Assembly: GCA_945865605.1 (NCBI GenBank)
Contig: CAMBEL010000001.1
Coordinates: 30,885 to 94,884 of the forward strand
Direction: 5' to 3'
Origin: Bifidobacterium breve
GTDB lineage: Bacteria; Actinomycetota; Acidimicrobiia; IMCC26256; JAENVU01
Length of the DNA stretch: 64,000 nt
Position 1 is the first letter of the stretch; every line of letters begins with the position of its first letter. Below the pieces are notes generated by a model that worked only from the letters and a program-made list of their open reading frames with translations, was not told where the DNA came from and did not search any database. Shown here in pieces: positions 16,628 to 27,142 of the stretch. Made by a program: the position numbers and the translations under genes.

Positions 16628-18891
16628 GCGTCGAGCGGGACAAGAGCTTCCACATCCACCGGAATACCGTTCAAGATCGCATTACCGGAGAGCGCATCAA
16701 CAACGCTTCCATCGGTTAACACGTTCGTGTTCACGCCGGCATAGCGCGAGGCGGTTGCCATCGATATGTCGTCTGCAACATGACCCCAACCGTGAGGAAG
16801 GCTGACCACGCCTGGCCGAATCGCGTCGGTTATTTCTACCGGTGCCTCTAGCTCGCCCGCCACAGAACGAACCCGGGCGAACGAGCCGTCAACCAGCCCA
16901 AGTCGCGAGGCGTCGTCGGGATGTACGTGAAGCGTGCACCGGGGCTTGCCCTTCACAAGTACCTCGACGTTGTGCATCCATGAGTTATTAGACCGAAGGT
17001 CACGGCGGCCAACAAGCACCAACCCACCTAGCGGTCGCTCGAGAGATGGCAAGAGTCGGTCTTCTGTGTCGGCGATCAATGCCGCGGGCGCTAGTTCAAT
17101 CTTCCCCGATGGCGTTCGCAGCACTCCCGGAAGGCGCGGCTCCATCGGACCTAGATCGACGCCGTGGGGGTTGGCTTCCAATACTGCGAGCGATAACCCA
17201 TCCTTGCGACCAGGCGCATCGAAACCATCGCCGTACGGACCGGTTCGCAACATGAAGTCAAGCACTCGCTCAGGACCACGGCGGCCATTCATCGAGAGCG
17301 CCTCGGTCAACTCGTCTGCATCGCGACCTTCAACGATTCCTCCTTCGCGTTTCACCGCCGATTGCACAAGCGTCGAGAGCACGAAGTCGTCGACGACTTC
17401 GCCGGCGGCTGGTGATGAGCCTTGCCCGGTAACGATCGCCGTAAGCCGACACATGGTCTCCCACTCCGCCAGTTCGTCGGGACCGAGTTCAACAATCGGT
17501 GGCGAATAATTAGCGACCGTACGTATCGCAAGGTTGTATAGCGCGAGGTCATAGTGACTCTTCGCGAGCACGCGCGGTGCAGGCAAGATCACGTTGGCGT
17601 GGCGCGTCGTCTCGTTACGGTAAATGTCGAGTGCGACCATGAAGTCCAATCCCGCCAGTGCCCGATCTAAGCGACCAGAATCGGGAGTCGACAGCACTGG
17701 GTTACCCGCAATGCAAACGAGGGCGCGGATCTGCCCATCGCCAGACGTTTCCATCTCGTCAACCATCGTTGCCACAGGCAACTCTCCAAGCGCTTCCGGC
17801 AGGCCGCGCACCCTGCTCTCCCTCCGACCAATTCGGAAACCGGGTCCGGTCCCCGTGTCCTCCGCTGTCGGCCCACCTATAGCTGGACGAGCAAACATCG
17901 CTCCGCCCTCACGGTCTAGGTTGCCCGAAAGCGTGTTGACGACATCTACCAACCACGAGGAAATCGTGCCGAACTCCTGAGTGCAGGTGCCGATGCGGCC
18001 ATACACCGCTGCGCGCTTAACGCCCGCAAGATCACGCGCAACCCGTCTGATCGTGTCCCCTTCGATGCCACATATGTTCTCAACGATTTCGGGCGGGAAG
18101 TGCGCCGCTAGTCGAACTACCTCATCGAAGCCCTCAACAAGCCCCTCAGCTGCGCCGAGCGAAACAAGTCCTTCATTGATCAGCGTGTTCACAATTCCAA
18201 AAAGAAAGTGTGCATCAGTTCCAGGACGAATTGCCAGGTGTTCGTCGGCTTCTTCAGCGGTCTTTGTCCTGCGCGGATCCACCACTACAAACCGACCACC
18301 GCGAGCACGTAGCGCTCGCAAGCGGCCAGGCATGTCAGGTGCGGTCAACAGACTGCCGTTAGACACGAATGGGTTCGCTCCAAGTATGAGCAAGTAATCG
18401 GTTCGGTCGACATCGGCGAGCGGTATCGAGATCGCAGTGCCGAACATGAGCCCCGCACTCACATGTTTCGGCATTTGGTCGACCGTGCTTGCGGAGAACA
18501 CGTTTGATGTACCGATGCCGCGGTTGAGCACGCGGTTGTAGATCATGCCTGCGAGGTTGTGCGCGTTCGGGTTTCCCATGTAGACGCCAATCGCGTCTCG
18601 GCCGTGCGCATCGATCACGCCCTGCAAACCGCGTTCCACTTCGGCGAACGCGTCATCCCAACTCACCGAGTGCCATGTATCGCCGTGGCGCACCTGCGGT
18701 TTGCGAAGGCGGTCGGGGTCCAATTCAAGTCCCTTCAGCGCTGTTCCTTTAGGGCACAGAAATCCCCGACTGAATACGTCTTCCTTGTCTCCGCGAATGA
18801 GAGTGATCTCATCGTCATCGAGGTGAATTTCGAGTCCACAAGTGGCTTCGCACAGCGGGCATGTGCGGTATGCGACACGGTTCGCAGTCAT
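16624..18891 (-). CDS. molybdopterin (bis-MGD) oxidoreductase, Rv0197-like
   Basis: 755 aa. N-terminal 4Fe-4S Cys cluster CPLCEATCGL...FLCPKG, with molybdopterin-binding and C-terminal dinucleotide-binding regions. Confidence 0.85.
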   Translation of the reverse strand: MTANRVAYRTCPLCEATCGLEIHLDDDEITLIRGDKEDVFSRGFLCPKGTALKGLELDPDRLRKPQVRHGDTWHSVSWDDAFAEVERGLQGVIDAHGRDAIGVYMGNPNAHNLAGMIYNRVLNRGIGTSNVFSASTVDQMPKHVSAGLMFGTAISIPLADVDRTDYLLILGANPFVSNGSLLTAPDMPGRLRALRARGGRFVVVDPRRTKTAEEADEHLAIRPGTDAHFLFGIVNTLINEGLVSLGAAEGLVEGFDEVVRLAAHFPPEIVENICGIEGDTIRRVARDLAGVKRAAVYGRIGTCTQEFGTISSWLVDVVNTLSGNLDREGGAMFARPAIGGPTAEDTGTGPGFRIGRRESRVRGLPEALGELPVATMVDEMETSGDGQIRALVCIAGNPVLSTPDSGRLDRALAGLDFMVALDIYRNETTRHANVILPAPRVLAKSHYDLALYNLAIRTVANYSPPIVELGPDELAEWETMCRLTAIVTGQGSSPAAGEVVDDFVLSTLVQSAVKREGGIVEGRDADELTEALSMNGRRGPERVLDFMLRTGPYGDGFDAPGRKDGLSLAVLEANPHGVDLGPMEPRLPGVLRTPSGKIELAPAALIADTEDRLLPSLERPLGGLVLVGRRDLRSNNSWMHNVEVLVKGKPRCTLHVHPDDASRLGLVDGSFARVRSVAGELEAPVEITDAIRPGVVSLPHGWGHVADDISMATASRYAGVNTNVLTDGSVVDALSGNAILNGIPVDVEALVPLDA

Positions 18892-18978
18892 GTGCGCAGG
18901 TTACGCGTTCACGGGTGACTTGTCCTGATCACGCCCTCCGCCCAAGTACCGTGTTCGATTCACCAACCCGGAGGAGAC

Positions 18979-19701
18979 ATGAACGACGATCGCCTGTACT
19001 TCCGTCAATTGCTCTCTGGACGCGACTTCGCAGTGGACAATGCCGTAGCGCGCCAGATGGTGAATTTCTCATATCTGATCGGCGACCGCGTGACCGGTGA
19101 TGCGCTCTTAGTTGACCCCGCATATGCAGTACAAGAACTTGTCGACATCGCAAGATTAGATGGAATGGCGATAACCGGTGCGCTCGTTACGCATTACCAC
19201 CCTGACCATGTCGGTGGATCGATGATGGGCTGGGAGATCGAAGGAGTCGCAGAATTGCTTGCCATCGACGGCGTGAAGGCGCCGATCCATGTGCAGCGCG
19301 AAGAAGCATTCGGAATGAAGCGCGTCACCGGACTTTCAGATAGCGACCTCGTACTCCACGACGGTGGGGACACGGTCGCGGTGGGTTCAATCGATGTCAC
19401 TCTTGTCCACACTCCGGGTCACACGCCCGGTAGCCAGTGTTTCGTTGTAGAGCGCCGCTTGATCGCTGGCGACACGCTATTCCTCGACGGTTGTGGCCGC
19501 ACTGACTTACCGGGCGGCAACAGCGACGAGTTGTACTACTCGCTGACTCAACGTCTAGCGGCCATTCCCGATGACACGGTCCTGTTCCCTGGCCATATGT
19601 ACGCCCCTGAAGCAAGCGCAACGATGGGCGCAACCCGTGCGAGCAACTATGTATTTCGGCTACCGATGCTGGACCAATGGCGAATGATGTTCTCCCAATA
19701 A
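18979..19701 (+). CDS. MBL-fold metallo-hydrolase (glyoxalase II-like)
   Basis: 240 aa with THYHPDHVGG and HTPGHTPGS. RBS GGAGGAG. Confidence 0.8.
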   Translation: MNDDRLYFRQLLSGRDFAVDNAVARQMVNFSYLIGDRVTGDALLVDPAYAVQELVDIARLDGMAITGALVTHYHPDHVGGSMMGWEIEGVAELLAIDGVKAPIHVQREEAFGMKRVTGLSDSDLVLHDGGDTVAVGSIDVTLVHTPGHTPGSQCFVVERRLIAGDTLFLDGCGRTDLPGGNSDELYYSLTQRLAAIPDDTVLFPGHMYAPEASATMGATRASNYVFRLPMLDQWRMMFSQ

Positions 19702-19714
19702 GTACGATCCAACC

Positions 19715-21109
19715 ATGATCGATACCCCATGGACCGAAGATGCCTGCTCTCTCGTCGATGCCTTCCGCTCTGGCGAACGCTCTCCCCTTGAAGAACTCGA
19801 CGCATCCCTTGCCGCAATCGAACGTTCGCAACTCAACGCGTTCTCATATCTAGATCCCGACCAAGCGCGCGCGACAGCGAAAGACGCCGATGCCTCCTTG
19901 CCGTGGGGCGGTCTCCCAATAGGCGTAAAGGAACTCGACTCCGTCTTGGGGTGGCCCGCTACGGAAGCATCAGTCGCGCTGCGAGATGAAGTTGCCGACT
20001 ACGACTCGACGAAGGTTGTTCGCTTGCGTGAAGCGGGAGCTATCCCATTCGGCCTGACAACTTCGAGCGAGTTCGGCGGTATCAACCTCACTCACACAAA
20101 ACTGAACGGTTCAACACACAATCCGTGGAATTTGGAACGTACTCCGGGCGGTTCGTCGGGCGGTTCTGCGGCTGCAGTGGCTGGTGGTCTTGTAACTCTG
20201 GCGACTGGCGGCGACGGTGGTGGTTCGATTCGCATACCGGCGGGGTTCAGCGGATTGCCTGGCCTTAAGAACACCTATGGCCGCATCCCAAAGGGCCCGA
20301 AGATGGTGCTCGCGTCACTCACTGCGGTGGCGGGCTGCTTGTCCCGTTCTATACGCGACATTGCACGCTTCGTCGATGTCACAAATGGCTTTGACCAGCG
20401 TGATCCTTACAGCCTGCCGCGCGTCGAAGGATGGGAAGCGGGTCTCGATACGTTTCGCGACACCCTTCGCGGCAAAAAAGCTGCAATTTCGATTGATCTT
20501 GGTTCAGCAGTTGTGGACGATGGCGTAGCGGCCATCGTGCGCGAAGCAGCTGAAGCGTTAGCAAGCGATGCAGGACTAACGCTCGTCGACATTCCGATCA
20601 AGACACCCGAACTGAGTTTCGATTGGGCCTTGTCAGGGTTGTCGGAGATCGTGATGCGCCTCGGCGACACTTACCCGACGGTAAAAGACCAACTGACTGC
20701 AGAGATCGCGTTCGGCATGGAGATCGCTCTGGAAATGTACGACATCAAAGCGCGCGGACGCATAGAGGCACACCGTGTGAAGATGAACGAGACCATGGCC
20801 GCAATCTTCGATGAGGTCGACTTCGTTCTCGCATCTACGAACCCCGACGTTGCGTTCGGTTGTGCGGGACCAATGCCTTCCCATGTGAATGGAAAACCGG
20901 CGGAGCTCGGTAACAACGGTGCGCTAACTATTCCTTCGAATATTTTTGGTAACCCTGCGATTCAAATCCCGGCTGGATCGCTAGGTGGATTGCCGGTCGG
21001 ACTACAAGTCCTAGGCAAGCATCACCAAGAACAACTGTTGTTGGACCTCGGGCGAATCGTCGAGCGAGAGCGCCCTTGGCCGCTCACCGCACCAGGAACG
21101 CCGCTATAA
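19715..21109 (+). CDS. amidase (amidase-signature family)
   Basis: 464 aa with GGSSGGSAAAVA and GGDGGGSIRIPA signature segments. Confidence 0.85.
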   Translation: MIDTPWTEDACSLVDAFRSGERSPLEELDASLAAIERSQLNAFSYLDPDQARATAKDADASLPWGGLPIGVKELDSVLGWPATEASVALRDEVADYDSTKVVRLREAGAIPFGLTTSSEFGGINLTHTKLNGSTHNPWNLERTPGGSSGGSAAAVAGGLVTLATGGDGGGSIRIPAGFSGLPGLKNTYGRIPKGPKMVLASLTAVAGCLSRSIRDIARFVDVTNGFDQRDPYSLPRVEGWEAGLDTFRDTLRGKKAAISIDLGSAVVDDGVAAIVREAAEALASDAGLTLVDIPIKTPELSFDWALSGLSEIVMRLGDTYPTVKDQLTAEIAFGMEIALEMYDIKARGRIEAHRVKMNETMAAIFDEVDFVLASTNPDVAFGCAGPMPSHVNGKPAELGNNGALTIPSNIFGNPAIQIPAGSLGGLPVGLQVLGKHHQEQLLLDLGRIVERERPWPLTAPGTPL

Positions 21110-21139
21110 GCATCTAGACCTCTGCGGACTAAGCGACAG

Positions 21140-22318
21140 TCACGAAGCGTCGAACAGAACCGGTAACGCGTTCGGGCCGCGGAATGCGAAGCCTTCGATG
21201 ATCGGCACTTCGGCATCTGGATCACGCCGTAAGTTCGGCAAGCGGGTGAGGATGGCGTCTAGACCGGAACGCAGTTCGAGTCGCGCAAGGTGCATTCCGA
21301 GACACTGATGGGGTCCTGTGCCGAATGCGAGGTGTGGCGTTTGTGGTCTGTCGATGCTCCATGTGTTGGGGTCCCCAAATCGCGACGCGTCCCTGTCTGC
21401 CGAGCCAGTAAGCACATTCACCGAGGAACCCGATGGAATCGGGCAACCTGCGATTTCTGTGTCACGGGTCGCGACGCGGCTCACCATCGTCACCGATGTC
21501 TCCCACCGCAACGTCTCTTCGATTGCGACTGGGAGTAGATCGCGGTCTGCGGTCACAGCGGCAAGCGCGTCTGCATCGTTCAACAATGCGAAGAGAGTGT
21601 TTCCCATTACCCGAAACGTCGTCTCCGCACCGGCTGGAAGCAACAAGCGCAAGAATCCATAAAGGCGTTCATCGCTGAGCCGTTCGCCGTCGATCTCGGC
21701 AAGCACAAGTTCGCTAAGCAAGTCTCCAGTCGGTTCAACCCTGCGCGCTGCTACAAGTGGCTCTAGGTATGCACGCATCGCGTGCGAAGCAACTACACCG
21801 CGGTCATGATGCAGCGGGCCGCTGTTGATGTCGTCGGCCCATGCCGCAAATTGCATGTGGTCGTCCAGCGGGACGCCAACGATGCCGCAGATCACCTGCA
21901 CGGGATATTGCGCCGTGATGTCGGCAACAAGATCCGCTCGACCTATACGAACAATCTGATCCAAGAGACTATTTATTAGAGGTCGAACAAGTTCTTGATC
22001 CCACCGCTCCAAGACAGACGCGCGGAATGTGTGCGCTACGAGGTTGCGGTATTGGCGATGTTCTGCGCCATTAAGCCCCAGGATTAGTTCTCCCATGTAA
22101 GCGCCCATCACGTCCGTGTTCACCGACGAAGAGAAGGTCTCCCAGTCCCTAAGTACGTGAACTGCATCGTCGTAACGGGTTACAAAGTTAATTGGAGGGC
22201 TGTCGGGTCCCATCGGGTCCAACTGGATTACCGGGCATTCGGAACGCGCACGTTCCCACATCCCGTACGGTTGCGCCTCGTTCCAGGCCTTCTCACTCGA
22301 TGGCAGTTCGTAACTCAT
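21140..22318 (-). CDS. cytochrome P450
   Basis: 392 aa. Heme-binding loop FGTGPHQCLGMHLA, ETLR (ExxR) motif, and AGAETT in the I-helix. Confidence 0.9.
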   Translation of the reverse strand: MSYELPSSEKAWNEAQPYGMWERARSECPVIQLDPMGPDSPPINFVTRYDDAVHVLRDWETFSSSVNTDVMGAYMGELILGLNGAEHRQYRNLVAHTFRASVLERWDQELVRPLINSLLDQIVRIGRADLVADITAQYPVQVICGIVGVPLDDHMQFAAWADDINSGPLHHDRGVVASHAMRAYLEPLVAARRVEPTGDLLSELVLAEIDGERLSDERLYGFLRLLLPAGAETTFRVMGNTLFALLNDADALAAVTADRDLLPVAIEETLRWETSVTMVSRVATRDTEIAGCPIPSGSSVNVLTGSADRDASRFGDPNTWSIDRPQTPHLAFGTGPHQCLGMHLARLELRSGLDAILTRLPNLRRDPDAEVPIIEGFAFRGPNALPVLFDAS

Positions 22319-22340
22319 ATCCGGAGCCTAGGCTCACCCC

Positions 22341-22683
22341 ATGGCGCGGATTCCACTACCTGATGGTGATCGCCCAGAGGTCTTGCGTGCGCTGAGCTTG
22401 CGACCAGATCTCGCTGCTGCCATCGGTGGATACGACGCAGCGGTCTGGAACAGCGCGCTTCGATGTTGCAGAACAAGTGGCGCTCGAATACACAACCGGA
22501 TTCTGCACGGATTCGGCAGCGGTCGACGATGAACTGATGGCACGCCTTGCTGAACAGTTTGAATCCGGTGAGATTGTCGAATTAACGCTGGTGATCGGCA
22601 AGTACCTGTCTATGGGACGGTTCATGCAAGTACTTGGTCTTGACCAAACTTGTTCGCTTCAGTCACAGCTCGCGCAGGGCTGA
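22341..22683 (+). pseudogene. carboxymuconolactone-decarboxylase (AhpD-like) family gene, frameshifted and internally shortened
   Basis: The family-typical N-terminus MARIPLPDGDRPEVLRAL...AAVWNSAL is in one frame. The family-typical C-terminus FDVAEQVALEYT...SGEIVELTLVIGKYLSMGRFMQVLGL is in the +1 frame, with the junction near 22455-22470. The combined length is only about 113 aa. Confidence 0.4.
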
Positions 22684-22690
22684 ACCCTCA

Positions 22691-22861
22691 ATGGGCGGAC
22701 CCGCGGCCATCATCATTTGCGTTGATTGTGGTGGCAGAGCACACCTTGTGCAGGAAGCAGACCCAGAGAGCCCGTACATGCCAGGGGACGTAGCCGTCTA
22801 CCGATGTGAAGACTGCGCGGACCGCTGGGACCTAGTACTAACCGAAGAAGACGTCGACTAG
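22691..22861 (+). CDS. small zinc-ribbon protein (56 aa), hypothetical
   Basis: [15 protein letters not shown]...[11 protein letters not shown] has two CxxC pairs. The 3' end overlaps the convergent ALDH stop by 4 nt. Confidence 0.4.
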   Translation: MGGPAAIIICVDCGGRAHLVQEADPESPYMPGDVAVYRCEDCADRWDLVLTEEDVD

Positions 22862-24279
22862 GCGATCTGGATTGACTTGACCTCTAGGAACTCTTCGAGA
22901 CCATGTACGCCGTACTCGCGGCCCATTCCCGACTGCTTGTAGCCGCCGAACGGCGCGAACGGATTGAACCGCACGCCATTCACATCTACTTGGCCGGAAT
23001 CGATCCGCCGAGCGACCGCAATCGAATGGTCTAGGTCGCCAGAATACACACCAGCCGAGAGGCCGTAGATCGTGTCATTCGCGATGCGGATGGCATCCTC
23101 TTCATCTTCGTAGGTGATGATCGACATGACTGGCCCAAAGATTTCTTCCTGTGCAATCTGCATGTCGTTCGTCACGTCCGCAAACACCGTTGGCTGCACG
23201 AAGAAGCCCTTCTCGCAACCGTCAGGCTGCGCTGTCCCACCGGTTACCAGCGTCGCACCCTCAGCGATACCTATGTCGATGTAGCTGCGCACGCTCGCCT
23301 GCTGTGCCTTTGAGACCATGGGGCCCATCTTCACTGCCGGGTCCATCGGGTCACCGGGAACGTATGACTCAGCGACTTCTTTTGCCTTGGCAACGAACTC
23401 ATCTTTGCGGCTCGCTGGGACCAACATGCGTGTCCATGCGATACAGGTCTGTCCACCATTGAGGTACCCGGACTGGAAGCCAGCCATGACTGCCTCATCC
23501 AACGGCGCATCTTCGAGAATTACGAACGGCGACTTTCCGCCAAGTTCCAACGCGACCTTCTTTATCTGATCCGAAGCCAACTCCATGATGCGCTTGCCTG
23601 CGCGCGTCGATCCGGTGAATGAGATCATGCTCACGTCGGGGTGGTTTACGAGCGCCTCTCCGAGCACACGACCCGCTCCCGAGATCAGGTTGAACACACC
23701 TGCGGGCAATTCAATCTCTTCGAAGATTTCCGCGAGGATGTACGCACTGAGCGGAGCGACTTGGCTCGGCTTTAGAACAACCGTGCAACCGGCAGCCAGT
23801 GCAGGAGCAACCTTGGCGACCACTTGATGCAACGGGTAGTTCCAGGGTGTAATGCAACCAACCACGCCGATCGGTTCCCGCACAACAAGCGAGGTGCCAA
23901 CCGTCTCTTCGAAAGCGTAATCCTGGGCGATCTGAACGTAACTTCCGGCCATCAGCGAGGGCAGCCCTGCTTGCGCCATCTGACTCATGATGTACGGCGT
24001 TCCAACTTCACCCGTGACGGTCGTCGCGATCTCGTCGAGGCGCGCACCGAGTCCTTCACTCAAACGTTGGATGTACTTGACGCGTTCGTCGGTAGAGGTA
24101 GCAGACCACGAAGGAAGGGCGGCCTTAGCTGCGGCGACTGCAAGATCCACGTCATCGACGGTGCCGTCGGCGATGGAGCCCATCACCTCTTCAGTGGTCG
24201 AATTGATGACGTCGATAGTGTCGGTTCCGGTCGAGCTAATCCACTCGCCGTTGATGAAGATCTTCGTGTAGTCGGTCAT
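22858..24279 (-). CDS. NAD(P)+-dependent aldehyde dehydrogenase
   Basis: Start at [13 protein letters not shown] (ATG 24279, RBS GGGAGC). Also has ELGGKSP and the catalytic Cys context GQTCIA. Confidence 0.9.
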   Translation of the reverse strand: MTDYTKIFINGEWISSTGTDTIDVINSTTEEVMGSIADGTVDDVDLAVAAAKAALPSWSATSTDERVKYIQRLSEGLGARLDEIATTVTGEVGTPYIMSQMAQAGLPSLMAGSYVQIAQDYAFEETVGTSLVVREPIGVVGCITPWNYPLHQVVAKVAPALAAGCTVVLKPSQVAPLSAYILAEIFEEIELPAGVFNLISGAGRVLGEALVNHPDVSMISFTGSTRAGKRIMELASDQIKKVALELGGKSPFVILEDAPLDEAVMAGFQSGYLNGGQTCIAWTRMLVPASRKDEFVAKAKEVAESYVPGDPMDPAVKMGPMVSKAQQASVRSYIDIGIAEGATLVTGGTAQPDGCEKGFFVQPTVFADVTNDMQIAQEEIFGPVMSIITYEDEEDAIRIANDTIYGLSAGVYSGDLDHSIAVARRIDSGQVDVNGVRFNPFAPFGGYKQSGMGREYGVHGLEEFLEVKSIQIA

Positions 24280-24435
24280 GATTGCTCCCGCGATCTCAGA
24301 GGGTCTTGAACAGGCGCTCAATGTAGCGCCGAATGCGCTGTAATCCCAAGTGCGAAGACACGCCCTGGGCGCGGCATCAGACCTTTCCTAATGGCGTTGA
24401 CCACCCCAGGCGCTGTCGCGGCATACCCTGGCCGC

Positions 24436-25668
24436 ATGCCAGCACACGGTTCAGACCCATTCGCTGAGACCGAAGACCAACAATCGCTACGGTCTCTCGC
24501 CCGTGAAGTAGCGACACGCGACCTCGCCCCCATGGCGCGTCACTGGGACGAAACCGAGGAGTTCCCGCAAGCCTCGTGGGATGCCATACGTAAGGCCGAC
24601 CTGTTCGGAATCACGATCGGCGAACAGTGGGGTGGCATGGGAATGGGCGACATCGAGGCGGGAATCGTTCTTGAAGAGCTTGGCCGCGCTTGCGTATCGA
24701 GCGCGATTCTCGCTCAACTGACCTTCAATGGTCCACCGCGCGCCATCGAACATCTAGGTACCGATGCTCTACGCGATCGCTGGCTACCGATGGCTGCTGC
24801 TGGCGACGCGCTGTTCTGCATTGGAATTAGCGAAACTGAAGCGGGATCGGCTGTCAATCACATGCGAGCAAAACTCACTGTTGACGGACCCCCCGGTCCC
24901 AACGGTCAGGCCTTCCGTCTCAACGCGTACAAGAACTACGTGACCGGTGGCCACAAGGCGAAAGCATGTCTAGTTTGGTGTCGCTTCCCTGGCAGCGAGG
25001 GCACGAAAGGCATCGGCGCGGTTGTTGTTGATCTAGATACCGAAGGAGTGACGCTCGCCGGCACTCACGAGAAGATGGGTTTACGCGGCACGAGCGAAGC
25101 AGAACTCGCGTTCGAAGATGTGCGGATCGAACCAGAAGACGTATTGCTCGCCGGTGACCCCACTAACTCCGAATCGTTCAAGACGCTGATCGGCCATATC
25201 AACCACGAACGGTGCGGCAACGCGGCAATGTGCATAGGTGCCGCGCAAGGTTCTCTCGAGTACGCGATCCGCTACATGAACGATCGCGTTGTCGGCGGTA
25301 AATCACTCGCTGAATTACAAGGCCTGCAATGGAAGATCGCGGACATGGCTACCGAGCTCGAGGCAGCACGCCTATTGATGAAACGCGCCCTCCACCTCGC
25401 TGGCCCGCACGGGACTCCCCCACCTCTCGAGACTGCCATGGCAAAGAGTGCTGCCAACCTCGCAGCAAAACGTGTTTGCGACGAAGCGATTCAATTGCTC
25501 GGTGGTTACGGCTTTTCTCGGGAGTACCCGGTCGAACGCGTGTACCGCGACATACGCGGCCTCTGCATCGGCGCTGGCACTGTCGAGATACAACGCAACT
25601 TCATTGGGGCCAACTTGTTGCGCGGAGCAACGCCAACCGGCGATGCGTGGAAACGGTCAACGCTCTGA
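24436..25668 (+). CDS. acyl-CoA dehydrogenase
   Basis: About 410 aa from ATG 24436. ACAD N-terminal, middle and C-terminal regions are present, with GGYGFSREYPVERVYRD and GAGTVEIQRN. Confidence 0.85.
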   Translation: MPAHGSDPFAETEDQQSLRSLAREVATRDLAPMARHWDETEEFPQASWDAIRKADLFGITIGEQWGGMGMGDIEAGIVLEELGRACVSSAILAQLTFNGPPRAIEHLGTDALRDRWLPMAAAGDALFCIGISETEAGSAVNHMRAKLTVDGPPGPNGQAFRLNAYKNYVTGGHKAKACLVWCRFPGSEGTKGIGAVVVDLDTEGVTLAGTHEKMGLRGTSEAELAFEDVRIEPEDVLLAGDPTNSESFKTLIGHINHERCGNAAMCIGAAQGSLEYAIRYMNDRVVGGKSLAELQGLQWKIADMATELEAARLLMKRALHLAGPHGTPPPLETAMAKSAANLAAKRVCDEAIQLLGGYGFSREYPVERVYRDIRGLCIGAGTVEIQRNFIGANLLRGATPTGDAWKRSTL

Positions 25669-27110
25669 GTCTCCGCGCCACGTATCGGCACCCACGCGCT
25701 CGCGAATATCGCTCCCAGGGCGGGGCATGGGACGTTCCCACACTCGATCAGTTACTCGGAAGCCAAGACACCGGGTCCGCCTTCGGTGCCCAGGTAGCGG
25801 CGCTGGCTGGCGACCTGCGCGCACGCGGGGTGCGGCGCGGCAGCGTCGTGGCATGGCAATTACCCAACTGGCCTGAAGTAGCCGCGTTGTACCGCGCTTG
25901 CTGGCAGGTCGGTGCTATCGCGGCTCCAATCCATCACAACGCCGGCGCAGCCGACCTACAACGGATGTTGCAAGTATTGGATCCCGCGGTCTTTCTAGAT
26001 GTCGACTCACTGCGCGCACGCGTCAAATCGATGTCCACTGCGCCACCCGACACACGCTCGACGACACGAACGGCGCCGTTCCCGACAGTCCGTCCGGCGG
26101 ATCTTGCAGTCGCGCTTTTCACGGCAGGCACAAGTGGAGAACCAAAGGCGGTGCTGCATACGCATCGCGGGCTTGCACACAAGACGACAACAATGGTCAC
26201 TGCTCACGGCTTGACATCTTCAGATGTCGTTCTAATGCCAGCCCCGCTCGCTCACATCTCAGGATTGCTCAATGGTTTGCTCGTACCTGGACTCGCTGGC
26301 ATGCGGTCGATCCTCATGGAACGATGGGACCCAGAAGAAGCACTCGCAACAATCGAGCGCGAGCGCGTCACCTTTATGGTCGGTCCTCCAACGTTTTTCA
26401 TCGGGCTGATGAACTCGTCGGGATTCACACCAGAACGTGTCGCATCGCTGCGGCTCGTCTCGTCCGGCGGAACAGGCGTAACCGCGGACTTCGTTGCAGA
26501 AGCTTCGGAACGTCTCGGGGCACACGTGAAACGTGCATACGGCTCTACGGAAGCACCCACAATCGCCACGTCGACCGGAACCGATCCCGCACACAGGTCT
26601 CGTGATTCCGATGGGCGCGTTGTCGGCCAAGCCGAATTGCGGATCGCTTCCGACGGCGAGCTCCTCGTGCGCGGTCCCGAATTATTCGCCGGTTACATAG
26701 ACGCGGATCAGACACGCGCCGCCACCACCCGCGGATGGTTTCGAACAGGCGATCTCGCCAACCTCAACAATGGTTGGCTCACAATCACCGGCCGTATCAA
26801 GGATGTGATCATTCGCGGCGGCGAGAACATCAGTGCCGGCGAAGTCGAGGAAATCCTGGCTCGCCACCCTTCTGTTCGCGAGGCCGTGGCCGTCGGATAT
26901 CCAGACGACCGGTTGGGTGAACGCGTATGCGCCTTCGTAGTCGCGTCCGATAACTTCGATCTGCAAGCCTGCATCCAGCACTTCACGAATGAAGGCATCG
27001 CACGCTTCAAAACTCCAGAACGCGTCGTTGTCTTGGGTGCGCTTCCTGTGCTCGGAGCAGGCAAAGTTGATCGCTCGGCGCTACGCGATCTAGCGCGTGC
27101 GGGCATCTAA
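25647..27110 (+). CDS. acyl-CoA synthetase (AMP-binding)
   Basis: FTAGTSGEPKAV, YGSTE, GWFRTGD and GKVDR motifs. The start is uncertain: GTG 25647 is the first in-frame start near the upstream stop. The ORF track's longer version overlaps the ACAD. Confidence 0.75.
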   Translation: METVNALSLRATYRHPRAREYRSQGGAWDVPTLDQLLGSQDTGSAFGAQVAALAGDLRARGVRRGSVVAWQLPNWPEVAALYRACWQVGAIAAPIHHNAGAADLQRMLQVLDPAVFLDVDSLRARVKSMSTAPPDTRSTTRTAPFPTVRPADLAVALFTAGTSGEPKAVLHTHRGLAHKTTTMVTAHGLTSSDVVLMPAPLAHISGLLNGLLVPGLAGMRSILMERWDPEEALATIERERVTFMVGPPTFFIGLMNSSGFTPERVASLRLVSSGGTGVTADFVAEASERLGAHVKRAYGSTEAPTIATSTGTDPAHRSRDSDGRVVGQAELRIASDGELLVRGPELFAGYIDADQTRAATTRGWFRTGDLANLNNGWLTITGRIKDVIIRGGENISAGEVEEILARHPSVREAVAVGYPDDRLGERVCAFVVASDNFDLQACIQHFTNEGIARFKTPERVVVLGALPVLGAGKVDRSALRDLARAGI

Positions 27111-27142
27111 GCGGCTCCCCGCAGCATGGCGAAGAGCACTAC

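Noticed and set aside
25329-25646. Long 5' extension of the acyl-CoA synthetase ORF
   Set aside because: It lies entirely inside the preceding ACAD gene in another frame, and the translation is Arg/Pro/Cys-rich junk.
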